A stretch of 62,119 nt of DNA from Syntrophales bacterium (GCA_041664405.1 JBAYKV010000001.1:1-62119); one strand, 5' to 3'. Shown: positions 9,188 through 17,724, numbered from the stretch's first letter. Numbers and translations are program-made. The notes: generated from the sequence alone by a model not told the origin.

Positions 9188-9663
9188 CAACTTTTGTAAG
9201 AAGAGACGGATCAAAAATTAAGCTTGACAGTGATCCTTACGCAATTATGAAGGGATATAGGCAAATCAGGTTGAATGACAAAGAAGCTGGGGGAATCCTA
9301 CTCGGTAGAATGATTGAGAATTCAAACGATGTTATTATTGACGAAATAACTGTGCCCGGTTTATTAGACAAGCGAAACAGGTTTTCTTTCATTCGTTCAA
9401 AATTTGTCCAATCAATAATATTTAAAAAATGGAGGACCTCCAAACATACTAAGAATTACCTAGGTGAATGGCACACGCATCCGGAGTCGCAGCCTTCGCC
9501 TTCCGGTACTGATCTTAAAGATTGGGCAAATATTCTTAGGAAAGGCAGATTTGAGCAGAATTATCTGATATTTATAATAGTAGGCCAAGTAATGATATCT
9601 GCATGGGAGTTCCACAAAGATGATTCAGAACCATACCTTTTGCATCTTCAAGATCAACCGTAA
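9166..9663 (+). CDS. cap3: CBASS Cap3 (JAB/JAMM isopeptidase)
   Basis: Exact JAMM motif EWHTHPESQPSPSGTD (HxHx7SxxD) plus the upstream EAGGILLG glutamate. Overlaps the cap2 end by 22 nt. Confidence 0.85.
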   Translation: MHMRTTVATFVRRDGSKIKLDSDPYAIMKGYRQIRLNDKEAGGILLGRMIENSNDVIIDEITVPGLLDKRNRFSFIRSKFVQSIIFKKWRTSKHTKNYLGEWHTHPESQPSPSGTDLKDWANILRKGRFEQNYLIFIIVGQVMISAWEFHKDDSEPYLLHLQDQP

Positions 9664-9675
9664 CCAGAGGAGGTA

Positions 9676-10761
9676 GTGATGGACGGAAAATTCAGAGTCC
9701 TTTCCCTGGATGGAGGAGGCATGCGCGGACTTTATACGGCTTCTCTGCTACATTCCTTAGCCAGGCTTTTCGACGAGAGATTCTGTACAATGGATCCTGA
9801 TATTGGCAAATCCTTTGACTTGATATGTGGAACAAGCACTGGCTCAATCCTGGCCTGTGGCCTCGCTGCCGGTGTGCCAATACGTTCAATATGCAATCTA
9901 TATATAGAAAAAGGCCCATTGATTTTTAGAACCCCAAAACCGGGAAATAGCAAATTCTTATTATCTATATGGCTATCGCGTCATTTATTTAAGCCGGCAG
10001 CTTTGCCTCATATACTTCAAGAAAGCCTGGACGATGTATTTAAAGATCTAACACTTGGAGAATTATTTCATAAACGAAATATTGCTCTTTGCATTCCAAC
10101 GATTGATGCTGCAGATCACAGCTCGAGAGTATTCAAAACTCCACATTTCCCAGATAAGCACCGGGATAAAAACTACAAGCTGAGTTCTATCTGTATGGCT
10201 TCATCGGCAGCGCCGGTTTTTTTCCCGCTATCGAGGATGAGTAATCCTGATAATGAGCACCAGATTCTACATTTTGTAGATGGAGGATTATGGGCAAACA
10301 ATCCGGTGATGATAGCCCTCACGGAAGCACTACAGTTGGCGCCAAGAACACATGAAATTGAAATCCTATCTGTAGGTACATGTGATAGGCCATCAGGAGA
10401 GCCCTATACTGAACAGAAGCCTCTCTGGGGGCTATGGCAGTGGCAAGGCGGGGTCAAAACACTGGAAATGTCCCTCAAGGCTCAATCCTATGGTTATAAC
10501 AGTATGGTAAAATTCTTAGCCAGATCTCTTTCAGAATCTGGAAGAAGAATTGAGGTCGTTCGACTAGAGGAGGGTGCGAAATCCGAGAAACAGTATAATT
10601 CAATTGGATTGGATAGGGCGGATGATGAAGCCATAAAAACTCTCATCAATTTAGCAGAAAAGGATGCTTCCACTGTCCACAGTACGACACTAACCAAGAA
10701 ATCATCTCATGATTACGATATTGTCGAAAGCATATTTAAAAATATGAAAGCATTGACATAA
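9676..10761 (+). CDS. capV: CBASS patatin-like phospholipase effector (CapV-like)
   Basis: LSLDGGGMRG oxyanion loop, GTSTGS nucleophile elbow (GxSxG) and FVDGGLWANNP catalytic Asp. Confidence 0.85.
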   Translation: MMDGKFRVLSLDGGGMRGLYTASLLHSLARLFDERFCTMDPDIGKSFDLICGTSTGSILACGLAAGVPIRSICNLYIEKGPLIFRTPKPGNSKFLLSIWLSRHLFKPAALPHILQESLDDVFKDLTLGELFHKRNIALCIPTIDAADHSSRVFKTPHFPDKHRDKNYKLSSICMASSAAPVFFPLSRMSNPDNEHQILHFVDGGLWANNPVMIALTEALQLAPRTHEIEILSVGTCDRPSGEPYTEQKPLWGLWQWQGGVKTLEMSLKAQSYGYNSMVKFLARSLSESGRRIEVVRLEEGAKSEKQYNSIGLDRADDEAIKTLINLAEKDASTVHSTTLTKKSSHDYDIVESIFKNMKALT

Positions 10762-10770
10762 TCGTCGAGT

Positions 10771-10802
10771 ATCTCTCCGAAATTTGATTGATACGGGGAG
10801 AT
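10771..10802 (+). terminator. Hairpin immediately after capV (possible operon terminator)
   Basis: ATCTCTCCG-N14-CGGGGAGAT gives a 9-bp stem including one G-U pair. No clear U tract follows. Confidence 0.3.
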
Positions 10803-10948
10803 GCGACATAGCAAACCTGAAATCCATAATGTGGGCCAAACTTGCCGCCCTTGCCAGACAGGAGGGTGTCAGCCTCAATACCCTGGTCCTTACTTTTATT
10901 GCTGAGGGTCTGGGAATAAGGCAAGCAAAACGCCAAACTCAAATGTAA
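10790..10948 (+). pseudogene. Remnant of a HicB-type (ribbon-helix-helix) antitoxin C-terminus
   Basis: The frame reads ...ANLKSIMWAKLAALARQEGVSLNTLVLTFIAEGLGIRQAKRQTQM*. This matches the typical HicB C-terminal LHxxLAxxAxxEGVSLN segment. The N-terminal domain is missing and the frame closes at 10754. The left boundary is approximate. Confidence 0.45.
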
Positions 10949-11368
10949 AATCCAACGAAAAAGACGGGTAAGGTGAGAGAAACATCACCGTTTATGGAGT
11001 GACACATTGATTTACGCAGAAAAGATTGCAGCATACAATGATGTATCTCTACGTAAACGGTGATATATCGTGTCTAAAAAAGGTATCATAGCTTCCTCCT
11101 TCTGTGCCATTCATAACGAGATCCCACCTGGTCCAGGCCATTTATACAATCGAACGCTGCTATGCACTCCCTTATCCCCAATCACATTTTCAATAAAAAC
11201 TCAATGCGACTTCACGGAGAAGTGGTCAATGTCAATCGCGAACTGATTATAATGTTCGAAGTTATATTAAAGCCACGCTCGGTTGGTTTTGGCAAAACGG
11301 ACCGTTTCCAGCGAAGGAGTGAGTTATCGAAATGTATGGTCGCTGTTATTGTGCTATATCGTAAGCGT

Positions 11369-11407
11369 ATCCGGAATTCATGATGTATGAGCGTCCTTAA
11401 AAGTCTC
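11369..11407 (+). repeat. Third copy of the ATCCGGAAT-N3-TGATGTAT motif that brackets the relBE cassette
   Basis: ATCCGGAATTCATGATGTATGAGCGTCCTTAAAAGTCTC compared with the reverse complement of 61899-61937, ATCCGGAATGTGTGATGTATGACTGTCTTTAAGAGCCTC. About 31/40 positions are identical by hand alignment. Confidence 0.6.
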
Positions 11408-11476
11408 AAGTTGTTATGTTGCTAAACCGGATTATATGATTGATGAAGGAAATATGGAAGAGAGTAGCGTCACTGT

Positions 11477-14041
11477 TTACTTAAAAACATCAATATTCGA
11501 CAGTAACGATTTTAACTCATCAAGCTTCTGAATAAAAGTCTGCCGTAGCTTAAGAATTTTCTCATAATTCCGGGCAATATCTTCTTGTCTATCCGTATCG
11601 ATACTCCCATCCGTTTTGGTCGGTATTTTCACTCTGATGGATTTGACTTTGCCAGCATGTGCTTCATCAGACCTTTTAAAGCCTCCAGCATTGATCAGGT
11701 GTTCTCTCAAGTAATACAGTAGATATGGAAGATGAATATTATCGTCTTTAATGGCTATAAGTCCACGGTTCTCTGTGCAATAGAAAGGTTTATCGTGTAG
11801 TCGGATGTCTTTGCAGGGGTCGCCTTTGATATTCCAACTAATCATCTTTTCACTTTTATTCTTAGTCTCGTTTTCGATTAATAAAGGCGGATTATCCTTG
11901 TCAAACATTAATTCAACTGGACCAGAGACTTGGGAAGAAAAGAGTGGGTATTCCCCAGGATGCAGCCGTGCATGTTTGACCGTTGTTTTAAAATCAGACG
12001 TACCACTATTGAAATAATTATCGTCGCCAATTGCAATTTCAATAAATGATTCCACCGCAAAGATCTCACCAAGATCCTTGTCGGCAGCTTTGAGTAGTTG
12101 AACTATATCATTTGTGGATGAGGACGCAGCTTCAACAAATTCAATAAAAGAGATATTGTCATCGGTGGAAATGCTGCGGCACCAATCAAACAAATCTGAC
12201 CATCTCTTTGCTTCAAGAAAATCTTCGCGGTTAACCAACCGGCATTTGTCGTCTTCAATAAATCCAGCAGTTCTTTTGTTCCATGCTTTCTTTAGACCTG
12301 GTATGTCGTTTTCCTCAATCGGAGTGCGATAGGCATCTAATGAGACTCCAATGTTCTCAACATTGTAAAGAAATACTGGCGAATGCTCGGGATTTTTGCC
12401 CTTCTTCTTCATAATCAGAATAGACGTTTTCCAGTTGTTGTTCTGAAAGCATCCTACCGGCAATGAGATCATTCCTACAACGTCAGCATTTTTATTTATG
12501 ACACTGCGGATTTTATCTTTATGCCTATAGAGAATGCCGTCGGTTACGATAACAAAAGCGATACCAGGAGTTCCCTGCTGTATTTGGGACAAGATGTATC
12601 TGATGAATCTACTTTCAATGCCAAGGCCACAACCTTCATAAAAAGATGAGAAGCCCATATCTGAGAGACTATCATCAATCTGCGTCACGCCATTCACATA
12701 AAACGGTATGTTCGTAAGCACATAATCTGCGGCATGCCTTGAGCGATAAATATCTTTTGACTTCGGATCGTGTTCGAGTTCGCCGAGCGTCCCTGTGCCA
12801 TTATTTTTGGCATGATAGAACGATGTATTTACTTTGTCAGCAAGACTCTTTCTGTTTGAAACATCCTCAGACAATCTATCTAGGATATGAAGTATCATAT
12901 TGGCTTTAGCGGTTATTATCATTTGTTCATCCCTATCAATACCGATGCAACTGTACTTAATAGGATCAAATTCGTATGGGTAATTGATACCTTCAAGTAC
13001 GAATCCGCCAACTCCACAAGCGGGGTCAACAATTCGCTTGTTTTTTTCAGGCTCGGCCATTTCCCATATTGCCTGAATCACGATTCGCGGCGTGAGATGT
13101 TTCCCACTTTTTATAGCACCTTCACGATGAGCAGATCCCAGAAACGCTTCTATGACCCGTCGTTTGAAATCTGGGTCCAATTGGCGTTGGGCCAAATTGC
13201 CAAGGTCACAAAGATCACGTAGGACAGTCTTAAAGATAGTTTCTTGTTCAACAAAGGCAAATCCATTTATAATGCCTGGTTGGTTTGAGATTGTTGGAAA
13301 TACTTTCGTGCTTATATAAGATCGCACAACGTTGATGTATGTATACAGAGAATTTGAGTTTTTAGGATTTGAAAGTTGGTTTATTGCATAATCACTTGGA
13401 AGCATGCCCGCATCAGAAATACCTTTGTAAAGTAAAAGTTCGACGAAGGTGGATAAGCAGATATGAGCATTCTCACCAGTAGCAACGAAAATTTTTTGCC
13501 AAAGGTTAAAGATTGTTTCCTTCTTGATAAGCAGAGGGTTATAGTATACCTTTGGAGGCAATATTTCGATGTTTCCATTTGTGGGTTCTTTGTTCTGTAG
13601 AACCTGTTCGGAAAGGAGTGCAAGATGCTTCTTCGCCTGAGCATTTTCGCCAGTAACAACTTTCGGACCAAAGCATACAACGTCTTTTCCTTTGAGTGAT
13701 GTACTTATCTCTGTAATCATCGCAGATGTAATTCTGTAATAAACCTTAACAACATCACCGGCACGCACTATAAAGAAACGAGTGTCGGGCAGAGCGTCTA
13801 AGTAATTGTCACGGATTTGTTTCAACGCAGTGGGTAAATCGCTTGAAGATTGTTTGTCCTCAATGCCAATGAGCACTTTTTTATTGTAGCAGACTAACTG
13901 ATCTGGTTTCTTCCCTGATTTTTGGCAATCGAACCCGTCCTTTTTGAGGTTTGCAAAAGAAATATCATTACATTTGTAAAGCCTGATATTTTTCTTGCCA
14001 AGCTTAAGAAAAGGTATTCCTTGTGTAATGCTCTCGGTCAT
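11477..14041 (-). CDS. Single-chain restriction-modification enzyme (type IIG/IIL-like): N-terminal PD-(D/E)xK nuclease, gamma-class N6-adenine methyltransferase, C-terminal target-recognition region
   Basis: PD-X13-EDK (KKPDQLVCYNKKVLIGIEDKQ). HsdM-like TPRIVIQAIWEM. SAM motif VDPACGVGGFVLEG. Catalytic motif LTNIPFY (an NPPY variant). About 300 aa of C-terminal extension. Confidence 0.75.
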   Translation of the reverse strand: MTESITQGIPFLKLGKKNIRLYKCNDISFANLKKDGFDCQKSGKKPDQLVCYNKKVLIGIEDKQSSSDLPTALKQIRDNYLDALPDTRFFIVRAGDVVKVYYRITSAMITEISTSLKGKDVVCFGPKVVTGENAQAKKHLALLSEQVLQNKEPTNGNIEILPPKVYYNPLLIKKETIFNLWQKIFVATGENAHICLSTFVELLLYKGISDAGMLPSDYAINQLSNPKNSNSLYTYINVVRSYISTKVFPTISNQPGIINGFAFVEQETIFKTVLRDLCDLGNLAQRQLDPDFKRRVIEAFLGSAHREGAIKSGKHLTPRIVIQAIWEMAEPEKNKRIVDPACGVGGFVLEGINYPYEFDPIKYSCIGIDRDEQMIITAKANMILHILDRLSEDVSNRKSLADKVNTSFYHAKNNGTGTLGELEHDPKSKDIYRSRHAADYVLTNIPFYVNGVTQIDDSLSDMGFSSFYEGCGLGIESRFIRYILSQIQQGTPGIAFVIVTDGILYRHKDKIRSVINKNADVVGMISLPVGCFQNNNWKTSILIMKKKGKNPEHSPVFLYNVENIGVSLDAYRTPIEENDIPGLKKAWNKRTAGFIEDDKCRLVNREDFLEAKRWSDLFDWCRSISTDDNISFIEFVEAASSSTNDIVQLLKAADKDLGEIFAVESFIEIAIGDDNYFNSGTSDFKTTVKHARLHPGEYPLFSSQVSGPVELMFDKDNPPLLIENETKNKSEKMISWNIKGDPCKDIRLHDKPFYCTENRGLIAIKDDNIHLPYLLYYLREHLINAGGFKRSDEAHAGKVKSIRVKIPTKTDGSIDTDRQEDIARNYEKILKLRQTFIQKLDELKSLLSNIDVFK

Positions 14042-14654
14042 TTTGGTAAATCCTCAAAGGGGATTTGTGACAGGACATTATCTGCCACATAATCAAGTTT
14101 ATGATTCCTAACTCTGCTTCAGCACGATTAAGTATTGCCTTCAGCAAAAAAATCAATTTTTTTGCGGCTTCATTTTCTAAGATTGGAAGCAATCCGACGT
14201 CAGCAAGATCCATTTGTCGTGGTGCAGGTTTAGCGAAATCAGCTTTTGCTCTAAGCACTGTTTTGGGATTCCACTCTTTAATGTTCTGCGTGATTACGTT
14301 TGGTAAATTGATTGTTTGATATTTTTCTTGAAGGATAGGCTCACGTTCGGTAATTGCCCACCTTTCAGCTATGCCGTTATTTAGGATAAATATTTGTGGT
14401 GCGCCAAGAGCTTTCAGTTCGCGGACAATGTCAGAAGAGGGACGATTAGACTCAGCAACACGAACACCAAAGCATGCAGAACGATAATCCAATGGTTCCT
14501 GCCCGAAAATAGCTCTTTCGACAGAGCGTACTGGTACAGACAGTCCTGGTGAAAATAGGTCCGCATATTGATAGTCCTTTTTTATCAAGCTATGTTTATA
14601 GCCTATCGTCCTAAATGCATTGTCAATATTATTGAAAGCTATATTACCTTGCAT
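14004..14654 (-). CDS. Hypothetical 216-aa protein, overlapping the start of the type IIG-like gene by 38 nt
   Basis: Track ORF with no motif I can name. Same strand as the zinc-ribbon gene, whose stop lies 6 nt upstream. Confidence 0.5.
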   Translation of the reverse strand: MQGNIAFNNIDNAFRTIGYKHSLIKKDYQYADLFSPGLSVPVRSVERAIFGQEPLDYRSACFGVRVAESNRPSSDIVRELKALGAPQIFILNNGIAERWAITEREPILQEKYQTINLPNVITQNIKEWNPKTVLRAKADFAKPAPRQMDLADVGLLPILENEAAKKLIFLLKAILNRAEAELGIINLIMWQIMSCHKSPLRIYQNDREHYTRNTFS

Positions 14655-14660
14655 AGTTTG

Positions 14661-14828
14661 TCATTGTTCCTTGCTCTGAATAGCTGCTTTTTGAAGTGGT
14701 TTCCTTCTCGGAGTATCCCAATAAGGACTCTTGCATTTTGGGCAAACTTTTGCCACTTCCTTTTTTCTCGGAAACCATTGATGATTACATCTAATGCATT
14801 GAAATCCGTGCAATAAAACCTTCGGCAT
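14661..14828 (-). CDS. 55-aa zinc-ribbon protein (below the ORF-track size cutoff)
   Basis: Hand translation: MPKVLLHGFQCIRCNHQWFPRKKEVAKVCPKCKSPYWDTPRRKPLQKAAIQSKEQ. Two CxxC pairs 14 residues apart and a basic tail. No strong SD sequence. Confidence 0.45.
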   Translation of the reverse strand: MPKVLLHGFQCIRCNHQWFPRKKEVAKVCPKCKSPYWDTPRRKPLQKAAIQSKEQ

Positions 14829-15645
14829 GGACTATAACTATCATATTACAATTCAAATGTCAATAATTAATTATTTAAAATCTATTCTTAATAAGTATAT
14901 ATTTATGGTCATCTATTGATGTGAGGTATCAGAGTATTGAAAGAGTGGTTTTCAATATGAAGGGACGAAGAATGCCTGACGTTGAAATTGAACGTCATGA
15001 GGAAAAGATAGATGTCTGGCAGGAAATGATGGAGAATATAGATGAGATTACGGCTGGAGGCGGTAAACATTACCAGGTGCACCGAAAACAGACAGTACGG
15101 GCAAAATCCAGATCGCCCAAGCCATCGGCCATGAAGCACTGAGAAAAGAATACTACGTCCTATCCCAGAGAAGAATGTGGCCAATGCCAATGTTACAAGA
15201 ATGTTAAATATTAAAAATCGCCCACAAGAATAAACGGCATAGGTATTGCTGTTTATCAGTTAACGATAAGAGAACGAAATCCTTGTCGTCGTTATTTATT
15301 CATAAATCCTGATCAATTATTAAGTTGTTTGTCGCGAATGGAGGTTTTCCTTGTTGATTAATCTTTCATCTTTCATAATGATTATAACATTAAATGATAA
15401 TAGAAATATTTAATTTGGGGTAAATATGATACGTTAGTTATTTAACATTATTTACTGTAATTATAACTGCATTATTAAAATGTCGTTGGTGAAGCAGCAA
15501 AGTGTTAATCCATATGAAATTAGATCACTTAAGTAAAAATATAATATAAGAAAAGCCATTTGTCGAAATAGCGGAACTTAATTTTTGAAGTTGCTAAAGA
15601 AATATATAATTATTAATAATCATTAATATAGGAGCAAATGAATTT

Positions 15646-16116
15646 ATGAAGCAAGTCTATCCTGACATTGAATGGTATGGATCAATTAGCAAGGGAAGTG
15701 CCTCTTTGCCTCGATGCCCTCATGCAGATGTTTATCGATGCCCGCGCTACTATCAAAGCATTTCTATGCTTAAGAACGCTGGCATTGTTAACAAAACAGA
15801 ACATGTGGTCACTGATGACATCCTGGCATATTGGGAAAAAACCGAATTATGGCCAATTGTTAAAGAGAAATCCGTATCAATCTCAGGCTCAGGTGATGAA
15901 ATAATGCATTATGCGAATTTATGTCCTGAAGCAGCTTATTCAATATTTGGTTTGTTTGCTTCGCATCTAAGTAGATATGAGAATGAAATAGATGAAGATA
16001 ATGCATTAACATTGTTTGTAAACTTTGGAAGAGCTTTCGAAAAAGATTGGCGCTGTAATTGGGCATATGTAAAAGAGCTGCATTATCTCGAATGCTATGT
16101 GTATTCTTTATTATAG
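15646..16116 (+). CDS. Orphan 156-aa Cys-rich hypothetical protein
   Basis: Track ORF with an AGGAGCAAATGAATTT-ATG RBS. Contains the CPHADVYRCPRYY motif. Embedded in very AT-rich DNA. No family recognised. Confidence 0.45.
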   Translation: MKQVYPDIEWYGSISKGSASLPRCPHADVYRCPRYYQSISMLKNAGIVNKTEHVVTDDILAYWEKTELWPIVKEKSVSISGSGDEIMHYANLCPEAAYSIFGLFASHLSRYENEIDEDNALTLFVNFGRAFEKDWRCNWAYVKELHYLECYVYSLL

Positions 16117-16229
16117 TCTTTCTTTTTACTAATATGCCATTTCCGAATATTCCTGTAAGAGATGGTGACAGAATCGATCCACAAGAATGAATGATCATTT
16201 ACCAAGAATTATCCGTCAGAATAAGGATC

Positions 16230-16264
16230 GAATTAATCCAGTGACAGTATTGAATTAATCCAGT
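16230..16264 (+). repeat. Direct repeat GAATTAATCCAGT x2 (22-nt period) at the right border of the AT-rich island
   Basis: Exact 13-mers at 16230-16242 and 16252-16264. Confidence 0.6.
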
Positions 16265-16668
16265 TAAATAGGCCTGCATTGATTGCTTACGCTGTATCGC
16301 GATTTACCGAAGTTCTTTCATCTTTCTAAAGACTCCCTTGCTCCACCTGTAATGCATATCTCCCTAAAATAGGATATTATAGCGTATTTATTGGATGCTG
16401 AGGCTTTTTAATGTCTTATGTAGCCCCACGTATGGTGACTGTCCCATCTCGGCGTTCACCCTCCAGAGATAAATGGCATAGGGCTTGCTGATCACATCGA
16501 GTAAAAGGAAAGAGGGGCTGTTAGTTAAGGCAGGATAGCCTGTTTGTCAGATGAACTGAAAATCGAGCCGGTAGCGCCCATGATGACATATGAAGTGATC
16601 GGATTGATCGAAATCGAAAGCAAAAATGTGTTTACTGGGCCGGTTTTGTTCTTTTCCCCCCACCCCCA

Positions 16669-16704
16669 CATATTCAAGGATGGAAAAACCCATCCCTGAA
16701 TATG
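16669..16704. repeat. Palindrome family copy 1 (CATATTCAAGGATGG-N6-CCATCCCTGAATATG)
   Basis: 15-bp arms with one mismatch, about 105 nt upstream of the crotonase start. Preceded by a C-rich tract. Confidence 0.7.
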
Positions 16705-16809
16705 TTACCGGCGTCACAATGCCGTTTCGAGGAAGAATGGCCGGATTAACGTCTTAAAAGGCAGCGATTGCCTGATAGGATTAGAAGTCGATTAAGGAGA
16801 TGAAGGTAA

Positions 16810-17592
16810 ATGAAAAATTATCGTACGATCATTGTAACTAAGAAGGACGGAATTGGCGTCATTACGTTGAATCGCCCCGAGGTCTTCAATGCGATCAACC
16901 AGGAACTTATCGAAGATATGAGAGATGCCCTTTCCTGGATAGATCTTGATGAAGAAATCCTGGTTCTTATCATTACCGGCGCCGGCAAAGGTTTTCAGGC
17001 GGGCGCCGATATTCGGGAAGTGCGGGAGAAAAAACCCTTGGAGATGTTGCGGTGGTGCGAGGGGCTCTTGCGGATGAACGCGGCCGTAGAAAAGCTGCGA
17101 CAGCCCGTTATTGCCGCCATTCATGGTGTAGCCATGGGGGGAGGCCTTGAGTTGGCCATTTCATGCCAGATCCGCATTGCCGAGGAAGGTTCCAGACTGG
17201 GGCTTCCCGAGGTGAAACTTGGTATTCTTGCCGGTGTCGGCGGCACGCAACGCCTTCCCAGAATAGTGGGGAAAGGCAGGGCCTACGAGATGATTCTCAC
17301 CGGCGAGCCCATTGATGCTGCGGAAGGCTATCGAATTGGGCTAATCAACAAGGTCGTTTCCCGGGGGGAAGCGCTGAAGGCTGCCGAAGATATGGCGCGA
17401 AAGATTATCAATAATGGGCCGATTGCCGTTGAACTCAGTAAGGATTCCATCGAAATTGGTTTGGATCTGCCATTGGAGCAAGGGACTCAATATTCTCAAA
17501 AGAATTGCATCATGTGCTTTACTACTGAAGACATGAAAGAGGGTACAGCGGCTTTCATCGAAAAACGTAAAGCATGCTTTAAGGGAAGGTAA
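16810..17592 (+). CDS. Enoyl-CoA hydratase (crotonase family)
   Basis: Motifs AMGGGLELAISCQIRIA and PEVKLGILAGVGGTQRLPR. 260 aa. Confidence 0.9.
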   Translation: MKNYRTIIVTKKDGIGVITLNRPEVFNAINQELIEDMRDALSWIDLDEEILVLIITGAGKGFQAGADIREVREKKPLEMLRWCEGLLRMNAAVEKLRQPVIAAIHGVAMGGGLELAISCQIRIAEEGSRLGLPEVKLGILAGVGGTQRLPRIVGKGRAYEMILTGEPIDAAEGYRIGLINKVVSRGEALKAAEDMARKIINNGPIAVELSKDSIEIGLDLPLEQGTQYSQKNCIMCFTTEDMKEGTAAFIEKRKACFKGR

Positions 17593-17724
17593 TTAAAGAG
17601 TGGCGGGAATTAATGGTAAACGCATTATGGTCGCGTGAAGCCAAGAGAAAATAAGAGAGGAAGCAGATACGCAAGATAAATAATTGCCAACAGTAGGTAA
17701 GCGTCGCCATTTACCTACTTCCTC

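Noticed and set aside
14004-14054. The idea that the 216-aa and 854-aa ORFs are one gene split by a frameshift
   Set aside because: The 854-aa frame has a stop only 5 codons upstream of its ATG, and that protein already begins with a complete nuclease motif. A 38-nt overlap is compatible with coupling. This is not fully excluded and is flagged in the findings.
14909-15190. Mutually overlapping ORFs on both strands (93 aa minus, 73 aa plus) beside the zinc-ribbon gene
   Set aside because: Neither has an RBS or recognisable motifs, and they overlap each other completely, so at most one could be real. This is left uncalled.
15191-15645. The AT-rich ORF-free stretch, examined for a CRISPR array, tandem RNA repeats (ToxI-like) or retron-like inverted repeats
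   Set aside because: No repeat unit of 20 nt or more recurs. I saw only short A/T-rich words expected from the composition.
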